This document shows, piece after piece, positions 53,178-64,000 of a stretch of DNA of 64,000 bases. Source of the stretch: Chiloscyllium plagiosum (lineage: Eukaryota); contig NC_057719.1 of assembly GCF_004010195.1 (NCBI RefSeq), positions 2,596,784-2,660,783 on the forward strand. The letters run 5' to 3'. Both the position numbers and the translations under genes were made by a program. The notes beneath the pieces were generated by a model. It was not told where the DNA came from. It saw nothing but the letters and a program-made list of their open reading frames with translations, and searched no databases. The number at the start of each line of letters is the position of its first letter. Position 1 is the stretch's first letter.

Positions 53178-54704
53178 CATTTAGCCCATCAAGTCAGCTT
53201 TGCCATTCAATGAGATCAGAGCTGATTTAACAAATCTTCAACTCCATACTCCTGCCTTTTCTTTCTAATCGCGATTCCCTTACTGCTTAAAAATCTATCT
53301 CAGCCATGAATATACCTAATGGCCTAGCCTCAATTTCCTTCTGCATTAAAGAATTCCACAGTTTCATTACTCTCTGAGAGAGGAATAACTCCTCATCTCT
53401 GTTGCAAATGGGATGAAGGTGTCACTGGCTAGGCCAGCATTTATTGCCCATTCCAAATTGCCCAGAGGGCAGTTAAGAGTCAACCACATTGCTGTGGGTC
53501 TGGAGTTACTTTTAGGCCAGAGTGGGTATGGATGGCAGTTTTCTTCCCTCAAGGACATTAGTGAACCAAGGTTAATCCAACAATTGACAGTGGATTCATA
53601 ATCATCATTCAACTCTTAATTCCAGACTTTTACTTGTATTCAGTAAAAATGGGATTTGTACCTGGGTTCCCAGAACATTACCTGGACCTCTGGATTAACA
53701 GTCAAATGATAATACCACAAGGCCATTGCTTCCCCACTGGAGAGGTTGAGATTATGCCCTCTGGTCCTCGATTCTCCCATTAGGGAGAATCTGCATTTAC
53801 CCTGTCAAAGCGATTAAGAATCTTGTCTGTTTCAGTAAGATCACCTCTCATTTTTCTAAACCTCAAGGAGCACAGGCTCAATCTACTCAACCTCTCCTCA
53901 TAATCCAGTACCTCTGTACCTGATTATCACCTTCTCTGGACTCCCTCCAATACCAGTATATCTTTCACAGTCAAGGGGCTAAAACTGTTCACTGCTCCAC
54001 CTGTGGTCTGACTTGTGCCTTGTATAGATTTAGCAAAGCCTCCTTACTTCTATATTCTATTTCATTGAAATAAAGGCCAACTTGCCATTTTTTCTTCCCT
54101 ATTACTCACTGAACTTGGATGATAGCTTCTGGTCATTTAATGTACAAGGTCTCCTAAATCCTTCTGATCTGCAGCTTACTGCAGTCCTTCTCATTTAAAT
54201 ACTACTCAGCTCCTCTATTCTTCCTGCCAAAGTACATAACCTCACATTTTCCCCACATTATTGTGGTTCTGTTTGCCGAGCTGGGAATTTGTGTTGCAGA
54301 TGTTTCGTCCCCTGTCTAGGTGACATCCTCAGTGCTTGGGAGCCTCCTGTGAAGCGCTTCTGTGATCTTTCCTCCGGCATTTATAGTGGTTTGAATCTGC
54401 TGCTTCCGGTTGTCAGTTCCAGCCTGTCCGTTGCAGTGGTCGGTATATTGGGTCCAGGTCGATGTGCTTATTGATTGAATCTGTGGATGAGTGCCATGCC
54501 TCTAGGAATTCCCTGGCTGTTCTCTGTTTGGCTTGTCCTATAATAGTAGTGTTGTCCCAGTCGAATTCATGTTGCTTGTCATCTGCATGTGTGGCTACTA
54601 AGCATAGCTGGTCGTGTCGTTTCGTGGCCACTTCAACGGACAGCTGGAACTGACAACTGCAAGCGGCAGATTCAAACCACTACAAATACCGGAGGAAAGA
54701 TCAC

Positions 54705-55099
54705 NNNNNNNNNNNNNNNNNNNNNNNNNNNNNNNNNNNNNNNNNNNNNNNNNNNNNNNNNNNNNNNNNNNNNNNNNNNNNNNNNNNNNNNNNNNNNNNN
54801 NNNNNNNNNNNNNNNNNNNNNNNNNNNNNNNNNNNNNNNNNNNNNNNNNNNNNNNNNNNNNNNNNNNNNNNNNNNNNNNNNNNNNNNNNNNNNNNNNNNN
54901 NNNNNNNNNNNNNNNNNNNNNNNNNNNNNNNNNNNNNNNNNNNNNNNNNNNNNNNNNNNNNNNNNNNNNNNNNNNNNNNNNNNNNNNNNNNNNNNNNNNN
55001 NNNNNNNNNNNNNNNNNNNNNNNNNNNNNNNNNNNNNNNNNNNNNNNNNNNNNNNNNNNNNNNNNNNNNNNNNNNNNNNNNNNNNNNNNNNNNNNNNNN
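54705..55099. other. Assembly gap (N run)
   Basis: Run of N. Confidence 1.
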
Positions 55100-55185
55100 T
55101 GGAACTGACAACTGGAAGTGGCAGATTCAAACCACTACAAATGCCGGAGGAAAGATCACAGAAGCGCTTCACAAGAGGCTCCCAA

Positions 55186-55225
55186 GCACTGAGGATGTCA
55201 CCTAGACAGGGGACGAAATGTCTGC
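55186..55225 (+). ncRNA. Minimal hammerhead ribozyme motif (family C terminus)
   Basis: GCA-CUGAGGA-U-GUCACC-uagaca-GGGGAC-GAAA-UGUC-UGC; antisense twin at 54296-54335. Confidence 0.65.
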
Positions 55226-56680
55226 AACACAAATTCCCAGCTCGGCGAACAGAACCACAACGAGCACCTGAGCTACAAATCTTCTCCCAAACTTTGTTCC
55301 CCACATTATATTCTATCTGCTGTCTTGTCCACTTGCTTAGCCTGTATCTGTCTCTCTGCAGACTTTTTGTGTTATCCTCACCACTCGCCTTCCTACCTGT
55401 TTGTGTCATCTGCAAACTTTGCTTCAGTATGTTTCTTGTTTTCTTCCAAGTCATTAATATATTATAGAAAATTGTGGTCCCAGCACTGATTCCTCTGGCA
55501 CTCCATTAGTTACAGGTTGCTATTCTGAAAATGTTCGCCCTATTCCAACTCTCTGTCTTCAATTAGTTAGTCAGTTTTCTAACCATGCTAATATGCTACC
55601 TCCAACATCACAGGTACTTATCCTACTAAACAGCTTAACGTGTAGTACCTTATCAAATGACTTCTGAAAGTTCAAAGATATTACAGCTTTGCCTTTATCT
55701 ATCCTGCTTGTTATCTCCTCAAAGAATTCTAATACATTTATCAGGTCTAATTTCCCTTCATGAAATCATGCTGATTCTACTTAATCATTGTTATGTCTAA
55801 ATACTCTGCTATTATGTACTTTATAATACTGATACTTTCCCAATACAAATGAAAGGCAAGTGAATTTCCCCTTATCGGTTGAAGGAAACTGTCACTTTTA
55901 ATCCTTAGATAAGGATCTTTATGAGTGTGAAGCAGTCATCTGCCTTCTGCAAACAAGGGAAAGAACAAGTAGTTAAATGGAAAAGCAGTATTCTAATCAG
56001 CAAATCCTGCAGACAGGGACCACTGAACAACCTCCAAGTCTTTCCCTCTGTGGATAACACCTTTTATTGTTTCAGTCTGTGTTCTATATGGAGAGGGGTT
56101 ACAGTTTGAACTAGTCAAGTAACATGTCAATGGTTAATAGCAGTTAATCAGTACTTAGAATTTTTTTTCTAATTAAGTAGCAATTCTTATTAAGTACAGA
56201 AACCTAGTTTGTCCTTTCTGTCAACCCACATTGATATGACAGGAAAATTTGGGAATTGTGCATACTGTTAAAAAGCTGTAACTTGTGATGAATTTTGGAG
56301 TACTGGACTCTGATTTCCAATGTGCTATCCTGGTGGCATATATTTCTTCTTCTTTCTTGATCAGTCAAATAGTTCATTACTCCATTTTTGTTTTAGCAGC
56401 AGAAAGAGCGGGAGAGTTGACCAGTGAACTGATGGGAAAGTGCATTATTGATATAAAAACTTATCTTGTGAAGAGGCGGAGTGCAGGAGCGGACATGGGA
56501 CTGCGGACGAAGTGAAGCAATATATTTGGGAAGTTGCGTTACCTAAAATATTACTTAGGTAGTGTCTCCCACCCATCCTCCTCCTCTAACCACAAAAAAG
56601 GTTCTGTGCATCAGATTGTGAACTAGTTTCTTTTATTGTTTATTTTTCTATAGTCTCTTTGGGAATTTAGAACAGGGGAA

Positions 56681-57590
56681 ATGGTGGTTATGGCAGTTGA
56701 ATGTTCATCCTGCAGAATGTGGGAGGTAAGGGTCACCACTAGAGTCCCTGCTGACTACATCTGCGGGAAGTGCACCCAACTCCAGCTCCTCAAAAACTGG
56801 GTTGGGGAACTGGAGCTGGAGCTGGATGAACTTCGGATCATTTGGGACGTGGAAGGGGTTATTGAGAGGAGTTTCAGGGAGGTAGTCACACCTCAGGTAC
56901 AAGAAAAAGACAGATGGGTTACTGTTAGGGGATGGAAAGGGAACTGGCAGTTAGTGGAGGGAAGCCCTGTGGTCATTCCTCTCAACAAGTACACCATTTG
57001 GATACTGTTAGGGGGAGTGGCGACTTACCAGGGGTAAGCAATAGGGTACATGTCACTGGCACAAAGTGTGTCCTTGTTGCTCAGAAGAGAAAGGGGAGAT
57101 GAATAGAGCATTAGTTATTGGGAACTCCATTGTTAGGGGGACTGATAGGAGGTTCTGTGGGAACAAGACAGACTCATGGTTGGTGTGTTGCCTCCCAGGT
57201 GCCAGGGTTCGTGATGTCTTGGATTGTGTTTTTGGGATCCTTTAGGGGGAGGGGGAGCAGCCCCAAGTCTGGTCCACATAGGCAGAAAAAGGGATGGGGA
57301 TTTAAGGCAGAAATTCAGGGAGCTAGGTTGGAGCTTAGAGCTAGAAGAAACAGAGTTGTTATCCCTGGTTTGTTGCCCGTGCTAGTGAGGTGAGGAATAG
57401 GGAGAGAGAGGAGTTGAACATGTGGCTGCAGGGATGGTGCAGGAGGGAGGGTTATGGATTCCTGGATAATTGGGGCTCATTCTGGGGAAGGTGGGACTTC
57501 TACAAACAGGATGGTCCACACCTGAACCAGAGGGGTACCAATATCCTGGAGGGGAAATTTGCTAATGCTCTTCGGGTGGGTTTAAACTAA
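56681..57590 (+). pseudogene. CR1 ORF1: zinc finger, leucine zipper and SGNH-esterase domain, frameshifted
   Basis: CSSC...CGKC, LELELDEL, VIGNSIVRG (GDS-type block), CLPGARV and QDGPHLN (DxxH-type block). Confidence 0.85.
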
Positions 57591-59596
57591 TTCAGCAGGG
57601 GGAAGGGAACGCAAATTGTAGTTCGAGTATACGGGAGGATGAGAGTAGTGAAGTTAGAACTGGGATTCCAAGGTTGCAAGAAGGCACTGGCAAGCAGGAG
57701 GTTGGTTTGAAGTGTGTCTACTTCAACACCAGGAGCATTGGAATAAGGTGGGTGAATTTGCAGGATGGGTTGGTTCCTGGGACTTCGATGTTGTGGCCAT
57801 TTCGGAGACATGGATAGAGCAGGGACAGGAATGGGTGTTGCAGGTTTCGGCATTGATATGTTTCAGTAAGAACAGGGAAGGTGTGGCATTGTTAGTCAAC
57901 GACATTCTTATGATGGCAGAAAGGACATTTGAGGACTGGTCTACTGAGGTAGACTGGACTGAGCTTAGAAACAGGAAAGGAGGTCACCCTGTTGGGAGAT
58001 TTCTATCGGCCTCCGAATAGTCCCTGAGATGTAGAGGAAAGGATAGCAAAGATAATTCTGGATAGGAGCAAGAGTAACAGGGTAGTTGATATGGGGGCAT
58101 TTAACTTTCCAACTATTGTCTGGAAATACTATAGTTTGAGAACTTTAGATTGGTCAGTTTTTGTCCAATGTGTGCAGGAGGGTTTCCTGACAGAACATAT
58201 AGACAAGCCAACAAGGGGCAGGGCCACATTGGATTTGATACTGGGTAATGATCCCGTCCAGGTGTTAGATTTGGAGGTAGGTGAGCACTTTGGTAATAGT
58301 GACCACAATTCAGTTATGTTTACTTTAGTAATGGAAGGGGATAGGTATACACCAGAGGGCAAAAGCTACAGCTGGGGGCAAGACAATTATGATGTGATTA
58401 GGCAAGATTTAGGATGAACAGAGTGGGGAAGGAAACTGCAGGGGATGGGCACAATTGAAATATGGTGCTTATTCAAGAAACAGCTACTGTGTGTCCTTGA
58501 TAATTATGCACCTGTCAGGCAGGGAGGAAGTGGATGAGTGAGGGAGCCGTGGTTTACGAAAGAAGTTGAATTGCTTGTCAAGAGTAGGAAGAAGGCTTCT
58601 GTTAAGATGAGATATGAAGGCACAGTTAAGGTGCTTGAGAGTTACAAGTTAGCCAGAAAAGACCTAAAGAGACAACTAAAAAGAGCCAGGAGGGACATGA
58701 GAAGTCATTGGCAGATAGGATCGAGGAAAACCCTAAAGCTTTTGATAGGTGCATCACGAATAAAAGAATAACTAGTGAAAGATTAGGGTCAATCAAGGAT
58801 AGTAGTGGGAAGTTGTAAGTTGAGTCCAAGGAGATGGGAAAGCACTAAATGAATATTTTTCATCAGTATTTTCATTGGAAAAAGACAATGTGGTTGAGAA
58901 GAATACTGACTTACAGGCTACTAGACTAGATGGGATTGAGGCTCACAAGGAGGTGTTAGATATTCTGGAAAGTGTAAAAAATGGATAAGTCCCCTGGGCT
59001 GGATGGGATTTATCCAAGGATTCTTTGGGCAGCCAGGGAGCAGATTGCAGAGCCTTTGGCTTTGATCTTTATGTCATCAATTTCTACAGGAATAGTGGTA
59101 CAAGAGCAGGGGAGAGCAAATGTTGCTCCCTTGTTCAAGAAGAGGAGTAGAGACAACCCTGAAAATTATACACCTGTAAGCCTTACTTTGTTTGTGGTTG
59201 AAGCATTGGAAAAGGTTATAAGAGATAGGATTTAATATCATCTAGAAAGGAACAAGTTGATTAGGGATAGACAACATGGTTTTGTGAAGGGTAGGGTGTG
59301 CCTCACAAACCTTATTGAGTTCTTTGAGAAGGTGTCTAAACAGGTGGATGAGGGTAAAGTGGTTGATGTGGTGTATATGGATTTCAGTAAGGTTTTTGAT
59401 AAGGTTCCTCATGGTCATCTATTGCACAAAATATGAAAGCTTGGGATTGAGGATGAGTTAGCAGTTTTAATCAGAAATTGGCTAACTGAAAGAAGATGGT
59501 GGTTGATGGGAAATGTTCATCCTGGAGTTGTTACTAATGGTGTACTGCAAGGATCTGTTTTGGGGCCACTGCTGTTTGCCATTTTCACAAATGATG

Positions 59597-59878
59597 GGTT
59601 AGAGTGGTGCTGGAAAAGCACAGCAGTTCAGGCAGCATCCGAGGAGCAGTAAAATCGATGTTTCGGGCAAAAGCCCTTCATCAGGAATACAGGCAGAGTG
59701 CCTGAAGGGTGGAGTGATAAATGAGAGGAGGGTGGGGATGGGGAGAAAGTAGCATAGAGTACAATAGGTGAATGGGGGAGGGGATGAAGGTGATAGGTCA
59801 GGGAGGAGGGTGGAGTGGATAGGTGGAAAAGGAGATAGGCAGGTAGGACAAGTCATGGGGACAGTGCTGAGCTGAGGT
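59597..59878 (-). mobile_element. Penelope family A terminal fragment with an intact hammerhead core (59657-59684)
   Basis: Minus strand CTGATGA-A-GGGC-TTTT-GCCC-GAAA-CATC; host sequence duplicated at 59579-59594 and 59887-59902. Confidence 0.8.
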
Positions 59879-60463
59879 GTTTTTACCCATTTTCATAAAT
59901 TACCCAGATGAGGGTATAGAAGGATGGGTTAGTCGAGTTGCAGATGACACTAAGGTTGGTGGAGCTGTGGATAGTGCTGAAGGATGCTGCAGGTGACAGA
60001 GGGACACAGATAAGCTGCAGAGCTGGGCTGAGAGATGGCAAATGGAGCTTAATGTGGGAAAGTGTGAGGTGATTTAACTTGAAAGGAGCAACAGGAATAA
60101 AGAGTACTGGGCTAACAGTAAGATTCTGGGTTGTGCAGATAAGCAGAGAGACCTCGGTGTTCACGTACGTAGATCCCTTAAAGTTGTCACCCAGGTTGAT
60201 AGGGTTGTTAAGAAGGCATATAGTGTGTTCGCTTTTATTGGTAGAGGGATTGAGTTTCGAAGCCATAAGGTCATGCTGCAGTTGTGTAAAACTCTGGTGT
60301 GGCTGTACTTGGAGTACTGTGTACAGTTCTGGTCACTGCATTATAGGAAGGATGTGGAAGCTTTGAGAAGGGTTCAGAGGTGATCTACTAGGATATTGCC
60401 TGGTATAGAGGGAAGGTTTTATGAGGAAAGGCTGAGGGACTTGAGGCTGTTTTCATTAGAGAT

Positions 60464-62128
60464 ATGATATTCATCCAGGTGCCTTTTAAATGCTGTAATT
60501 GTACCAGCATTCAGCACTTCTTCTGGCAATTCATTCCATACACCTACCGCCATCTACATGAAAAATTTGCCCCTTAAGTCCCTTTTAAATCTTTCCCCTT
60601 TCACCTTAAATCTATGTCCTCTAGTTTTGGACTCACCTACCTTGCAGGCAAGACCTCGCCTGTTCACCCTAACCATGTCCTTGTGATTTCATAAACCTCG
60701 ATAAAGTCACCCCTCAGTGTCCAACGCCCCAGCCTATTCAGCATCTCCCTGTAGCTCACACCCTCCAACCCTGGCAACATCCTTGTAAATCTTTTCTGAA
60801 CCTTTTTAACAACATCTTTCCAATAGCAGGGAGACCGGAATTGAACGCAGTATTCTAACCAATGTGCAGTACAGCAGCAACATGACTGCCCAACTCTCCA
60901 CTCCAAGCACCGACCAATAAAGGCAAGGATACCAAACACCTTCTTAACTATGGAGAAAGTGAGGACTGCAGGTGCTGGAGATCAGAGTTGAAAATTGTGA
61001 TGCTGGAAAAGCACAGCCGGTCAGGCAGCATCCGAGGAGCAGGACAGTCTTCATCAGGAACCTTGTGCATCGGAGGCTAAGGGATAACCTTTTGGAGGCT
61101 TATGAAATTATGAGGGACATGGTTAGGGTGAACAGGTATGGTCTTTCCTGTAGGGGAGGGGAGTCCAAGACTAGAGGACATAGATTTAAAGTGAAAGGGG
61201 AAAGATTTAAAAGGGACCTAAGGGGCAACATTTTCATGTAGAGGGTGGCTCGTGTGTGGAATGAAGAGCTCATGCTCAAAACATCGATGGTCCTGCTCCT
61301 CGGATGCTGTCTGACTGGCTGTGCCTTTCCAGCACCACACATTTTGACCTTCTTCACTCTCCTGTCTATATGTGACTCCACTCTCAAGGAACTATGAACC
61401 TCCAAGGTCTCTTTGTTTGGCAATGACCTGACCATTAATTGAGTAAGTCCTGCCTTTGCAAAATGCAGCACATCACATTTCACTAAATTAAACTCCAACT
61501 ACCACTCCTCAGCCCATCTGATCAAGGTCCCATTGTACTCTGAGATAACCTTTGCTGTCCATTCCATTTCCAATTTTGGTGTCATCTGCAAATTTACTAA
61601 CCATACCTCCTATATTCATTTCCAAATTATTTACATAAATGACAAAAAGCAAAGCATCCAGCACTGAATCTTGTGGGCATTTGATGGTCACAGACCTCTG
61701 GTCTGAAAAGCAACCCTCCACCACCATCCCCTGTCTCTTATGTTCTTGCCAAGTTTGTATTCAAATGTATTCCCTGTATTCCGCATGATCTAACCTTGCC
61801 AATCAGTCTACCATGTGGAACCTGGTTGAAATCCTTACTGAAATTCATATAGATAATGTCCACCGCTCTGCCTTCATCAATCCTCTTTGTCACTTCTTCA
61901 AAATACTCAATCAACTTAGTGAGATATGATTGCCTACACACAAAGCCATGTTGACCATTCCTAATCAGTCCTCATCTTTCCAAGTACATGTAAATCCAGT
62001 CCCTCAGAATCCCCTCCAACAACTTGCCCACTGCTGATGTCAGGCTCACAGCTCTATAGTTCCCTGGCTCCTCCTTACCACCATTTTAAATAATGGCATC
62101 ATATTAGCCAACCTTCAGTCTTCTGGAG
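60464..62128 (-). mobile_element. CR1-clade LINE RT fragment with a composite insertion at 60950-61346
   Basis: AVDIIYMNFSK, KFADDTK and LEYCVQF on the minus strand. Confidence 0.88.
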
Positions 62129-62129
62129 A

Positions 62130-64000
62130 CAAGCAGGAGGCTGGAAGAACACAGCAAGCTAGGCGAAGGTGAAGCCAACAATTTCGGAATAACCTTTCTT
62201 CGGGACTAGGGCTGGGGAGAGGGGCAGAGTGGTGAAGTAGTGATTGGTGAATGCAGGTAGTGGGTATGTTCTAGTTGGTCAATGGGAGGAATAAATCTGG
62301 TTGGCAGCTGGAAGGAAGTTTGATCAGAGGAATGGAAGAGAGGGAGGGGTTGGGAAGGGAGTTGGGGAATGGGAAAGGTTATCAGAAATTGGAGAACTTA
62401 ATGCTCAGTCCTCTGGGCTGCCCAGGCAGAAGATGAGATGTTGTTCTTCCAATTTGTGGTCTAATTCGCTGTGGCAATGGAGGAGGCCAAAGCTGGTCAT
62501 GTCAGAGAGGGAATAGGAAGGGGAATTAAAATGGGCAGTGACTGGAAGGTCAGGTCTGCCCTTGCAGGCCCGGCTGAGGTGCTCAGCGAAACATGCCCTT
62601 AGTTTGCGTTTGGTCACACCGATGTTGAAAAGACATAGGGAGCATCTGAACAGTGAACAAGGTTGAAGGAGAGGCGGGTGAATCTCTGTCTCACCTGGAA
62701 GGAGGTGAGGGAGGTGGTGAGATGACTGGCCTTGCAGGGAAAGAACCTGGGGGCTTGGGGAGAGGGATTGGTTGGTGGGGAGAATGGTGCAAACCAAAGA
62801 TGACAAAGGGAACAGTCCTTGCCGAAGGCAGACAGGGGTGGGGGGGGGGGGGAAGATGTTCTTGGTGGTGGGATCTAGTTGGAGTTGGCAAGTGTTTCAG
62901 AATGCACGGTCGCTCAGTGGTTAGCACTGCTGCCTCACAGCGCCAGGGACCAGGGTTCAATCCTCGCACAATCCAAAAATATGCAGGTTAGGTGAATTGA
63001 CCATGCTAAATTGCCCATAGTGTTAAGTGCAGGGGTAAATGTAAGGGAATGGGTTTGGGTGGGTTGCTCTTTGCAGGGTCGGTGTGGACTTGTTGGGCTG
63101 AAGGGCCTGTTTCCACACTGTAGGGAATCTAAGGATGATATTTTGGATGTGGAGACTGGTGAGGTGGTAGGTGAGGACATGGGGGACCCTATGTTTATTT
63201 CTTTTGGAGTAGGGGTACTTTAGAACAGTAAAGCCGGGAATGAAGGAAGTGCAGTGGAGGACTGTTTGGATAACGAGGGAGGAAAGCATGTTGTTCAAAA
63301 AGGGTGGACATCTGTGATGCTTAGGAGTAGATGTATTCATTGAAGGAATTGGGAAAACAGGATGGAGTTCTTGCAGGATACTGGGTGGGAGGAGGTTTAG
63401 TCCAGGTAGTTGTAGGAGTCTTTGGGTATATAGTAAATGTCTGTCTGTAAAAGGGGCGGGAGGTGTCCAAGATGGACCAAGTGAATTTGAGGGCGGGGTG
63501 GAAGTTGTGGGTGAAGTTGACAGCAGCAGTGTTACAGTCAACAATGTGACAGCGGAACAGCTGGGGCACAGTGCCTGTGTAGGTACTGAAGAGGGACTGT
63601 TTGACATAGTTGACAAAGAGGCATGTGTAGCTCAGGTCCATCCAAATGCCCGTGGCCACACCCTGGATTTGGAGGGAATGGGAAGAGTTGAAGGAACAGT
63701 TAATGAGGGTGATGACATGTTTGGCAAGGTGGATGAGGGTATTGGTGGAGTGGAAGCTGGAGGAAGCAACTAAGGGCCTGAAGGCCATCCTTGTTGGGTT
63801 TTGATGTGTATAAGGACTGCATGTCCATAGTGAAGATAAAGCACTATTAGGTGGAGAAATGCAAGTTACTGAATAGGTGGAGGGTGTGGTTGGTGTCACT
63901 GATGCAGGTGGGAAATGTCTGAACCAAACGGGCGAGTATGGAGTTGAGATAGGAAGAAATAAGTTCGGTAGGGCAGGAGCTGCGGAGACAAAGGGTTTTC
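62130..64000 (-). mobile_element. Penelope-like element (RT and GIY-YIG), degraded, containing an HE1 SINE (62905-63132)
   Basis: Minus-strand QIQGVATG, NFHPALKFTWSI, CSLCLFNIGVTKRKLRACFAEHL and KLEEQHLIFCLG; runs off the window end. Confidence 0.88.

Larger units (their letters stand above)
54262..55296. mobile_element. Penelope family C insertion with inverted structure, spanning a gap
   Basis: Minus ORF HEFDWDNTTIIGQAKQRTAREFLEAWHS; plus-strand copy of the terminus; TSD TTCCCCACATTAT at 54249-54261 and 55297-55309. Confidence 0.85.
52452..55850 (-). mobile_element. Old CR1-clade LINE hosting two Penelope insertions and a SINE
   Basis: Tail near 52452; minus-strand KFADD (55400-55420), GVPEESVLGP (55475-55505) and QHDFMKG (55750-55775). 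Confidence 0.75.
56396..60463 (+). mobile_element. Near full-length CR1-clade LINE (5' UTR, ORF1, ORF2), degraded, 3' end lost
   Basis: ORF1; APE endonuclease (VAISETW, FYRPPNS, MGAFN, SDHN); RT (DKSPGLDG, QHGF, YMDFSK, QGSVLGP, ADDTK). Confidence 0.93.

Overview
Repeat-saturated, CpG-depleted vertebrate DNA with three assembly gaps. The repeats (CR1/HER1-type LINEs, HE1-type V-SINEs, a Deu-domain SINE, many Penelope-like elements) point to a shark or other elasmobranch; this is inferred from recognising repeat families, not from a search. Almost every ORF in the track is a broken piece of retroelement ORF1, reverse transcriptase (RT) or endonuclease, or is antisense or N-gap noise. No intact element and no recognisable host gene is present. 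The best host-gene candidate is a 17-codon first exon on the minus strand (24751-24801), so the window may be largely intronic. Main findings: (1) about six distinct Penelope terminal-repeat families each carry a minimal hammerhead-ribozyme motif with a shared core but different, still-pairing stems; (2) at 41.7-42.9 kb, Tx1-like 3' fragments and a tRNA-type SINE are stacked in one orientation and separated by a recurring GGGGTCTGC-TTT motif, suggesting a self-regenerating site-specific insertion array; (3) fold-back Penelope mini-insertions have 12-16 bp target-site duplications (TSDs), and one encloses an inverted copy of neighbouring DNA; (4) there are templated local duplications and a four-level nested insertion. 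Family names come from recognised motifs, and repeat boundaries are approximate.
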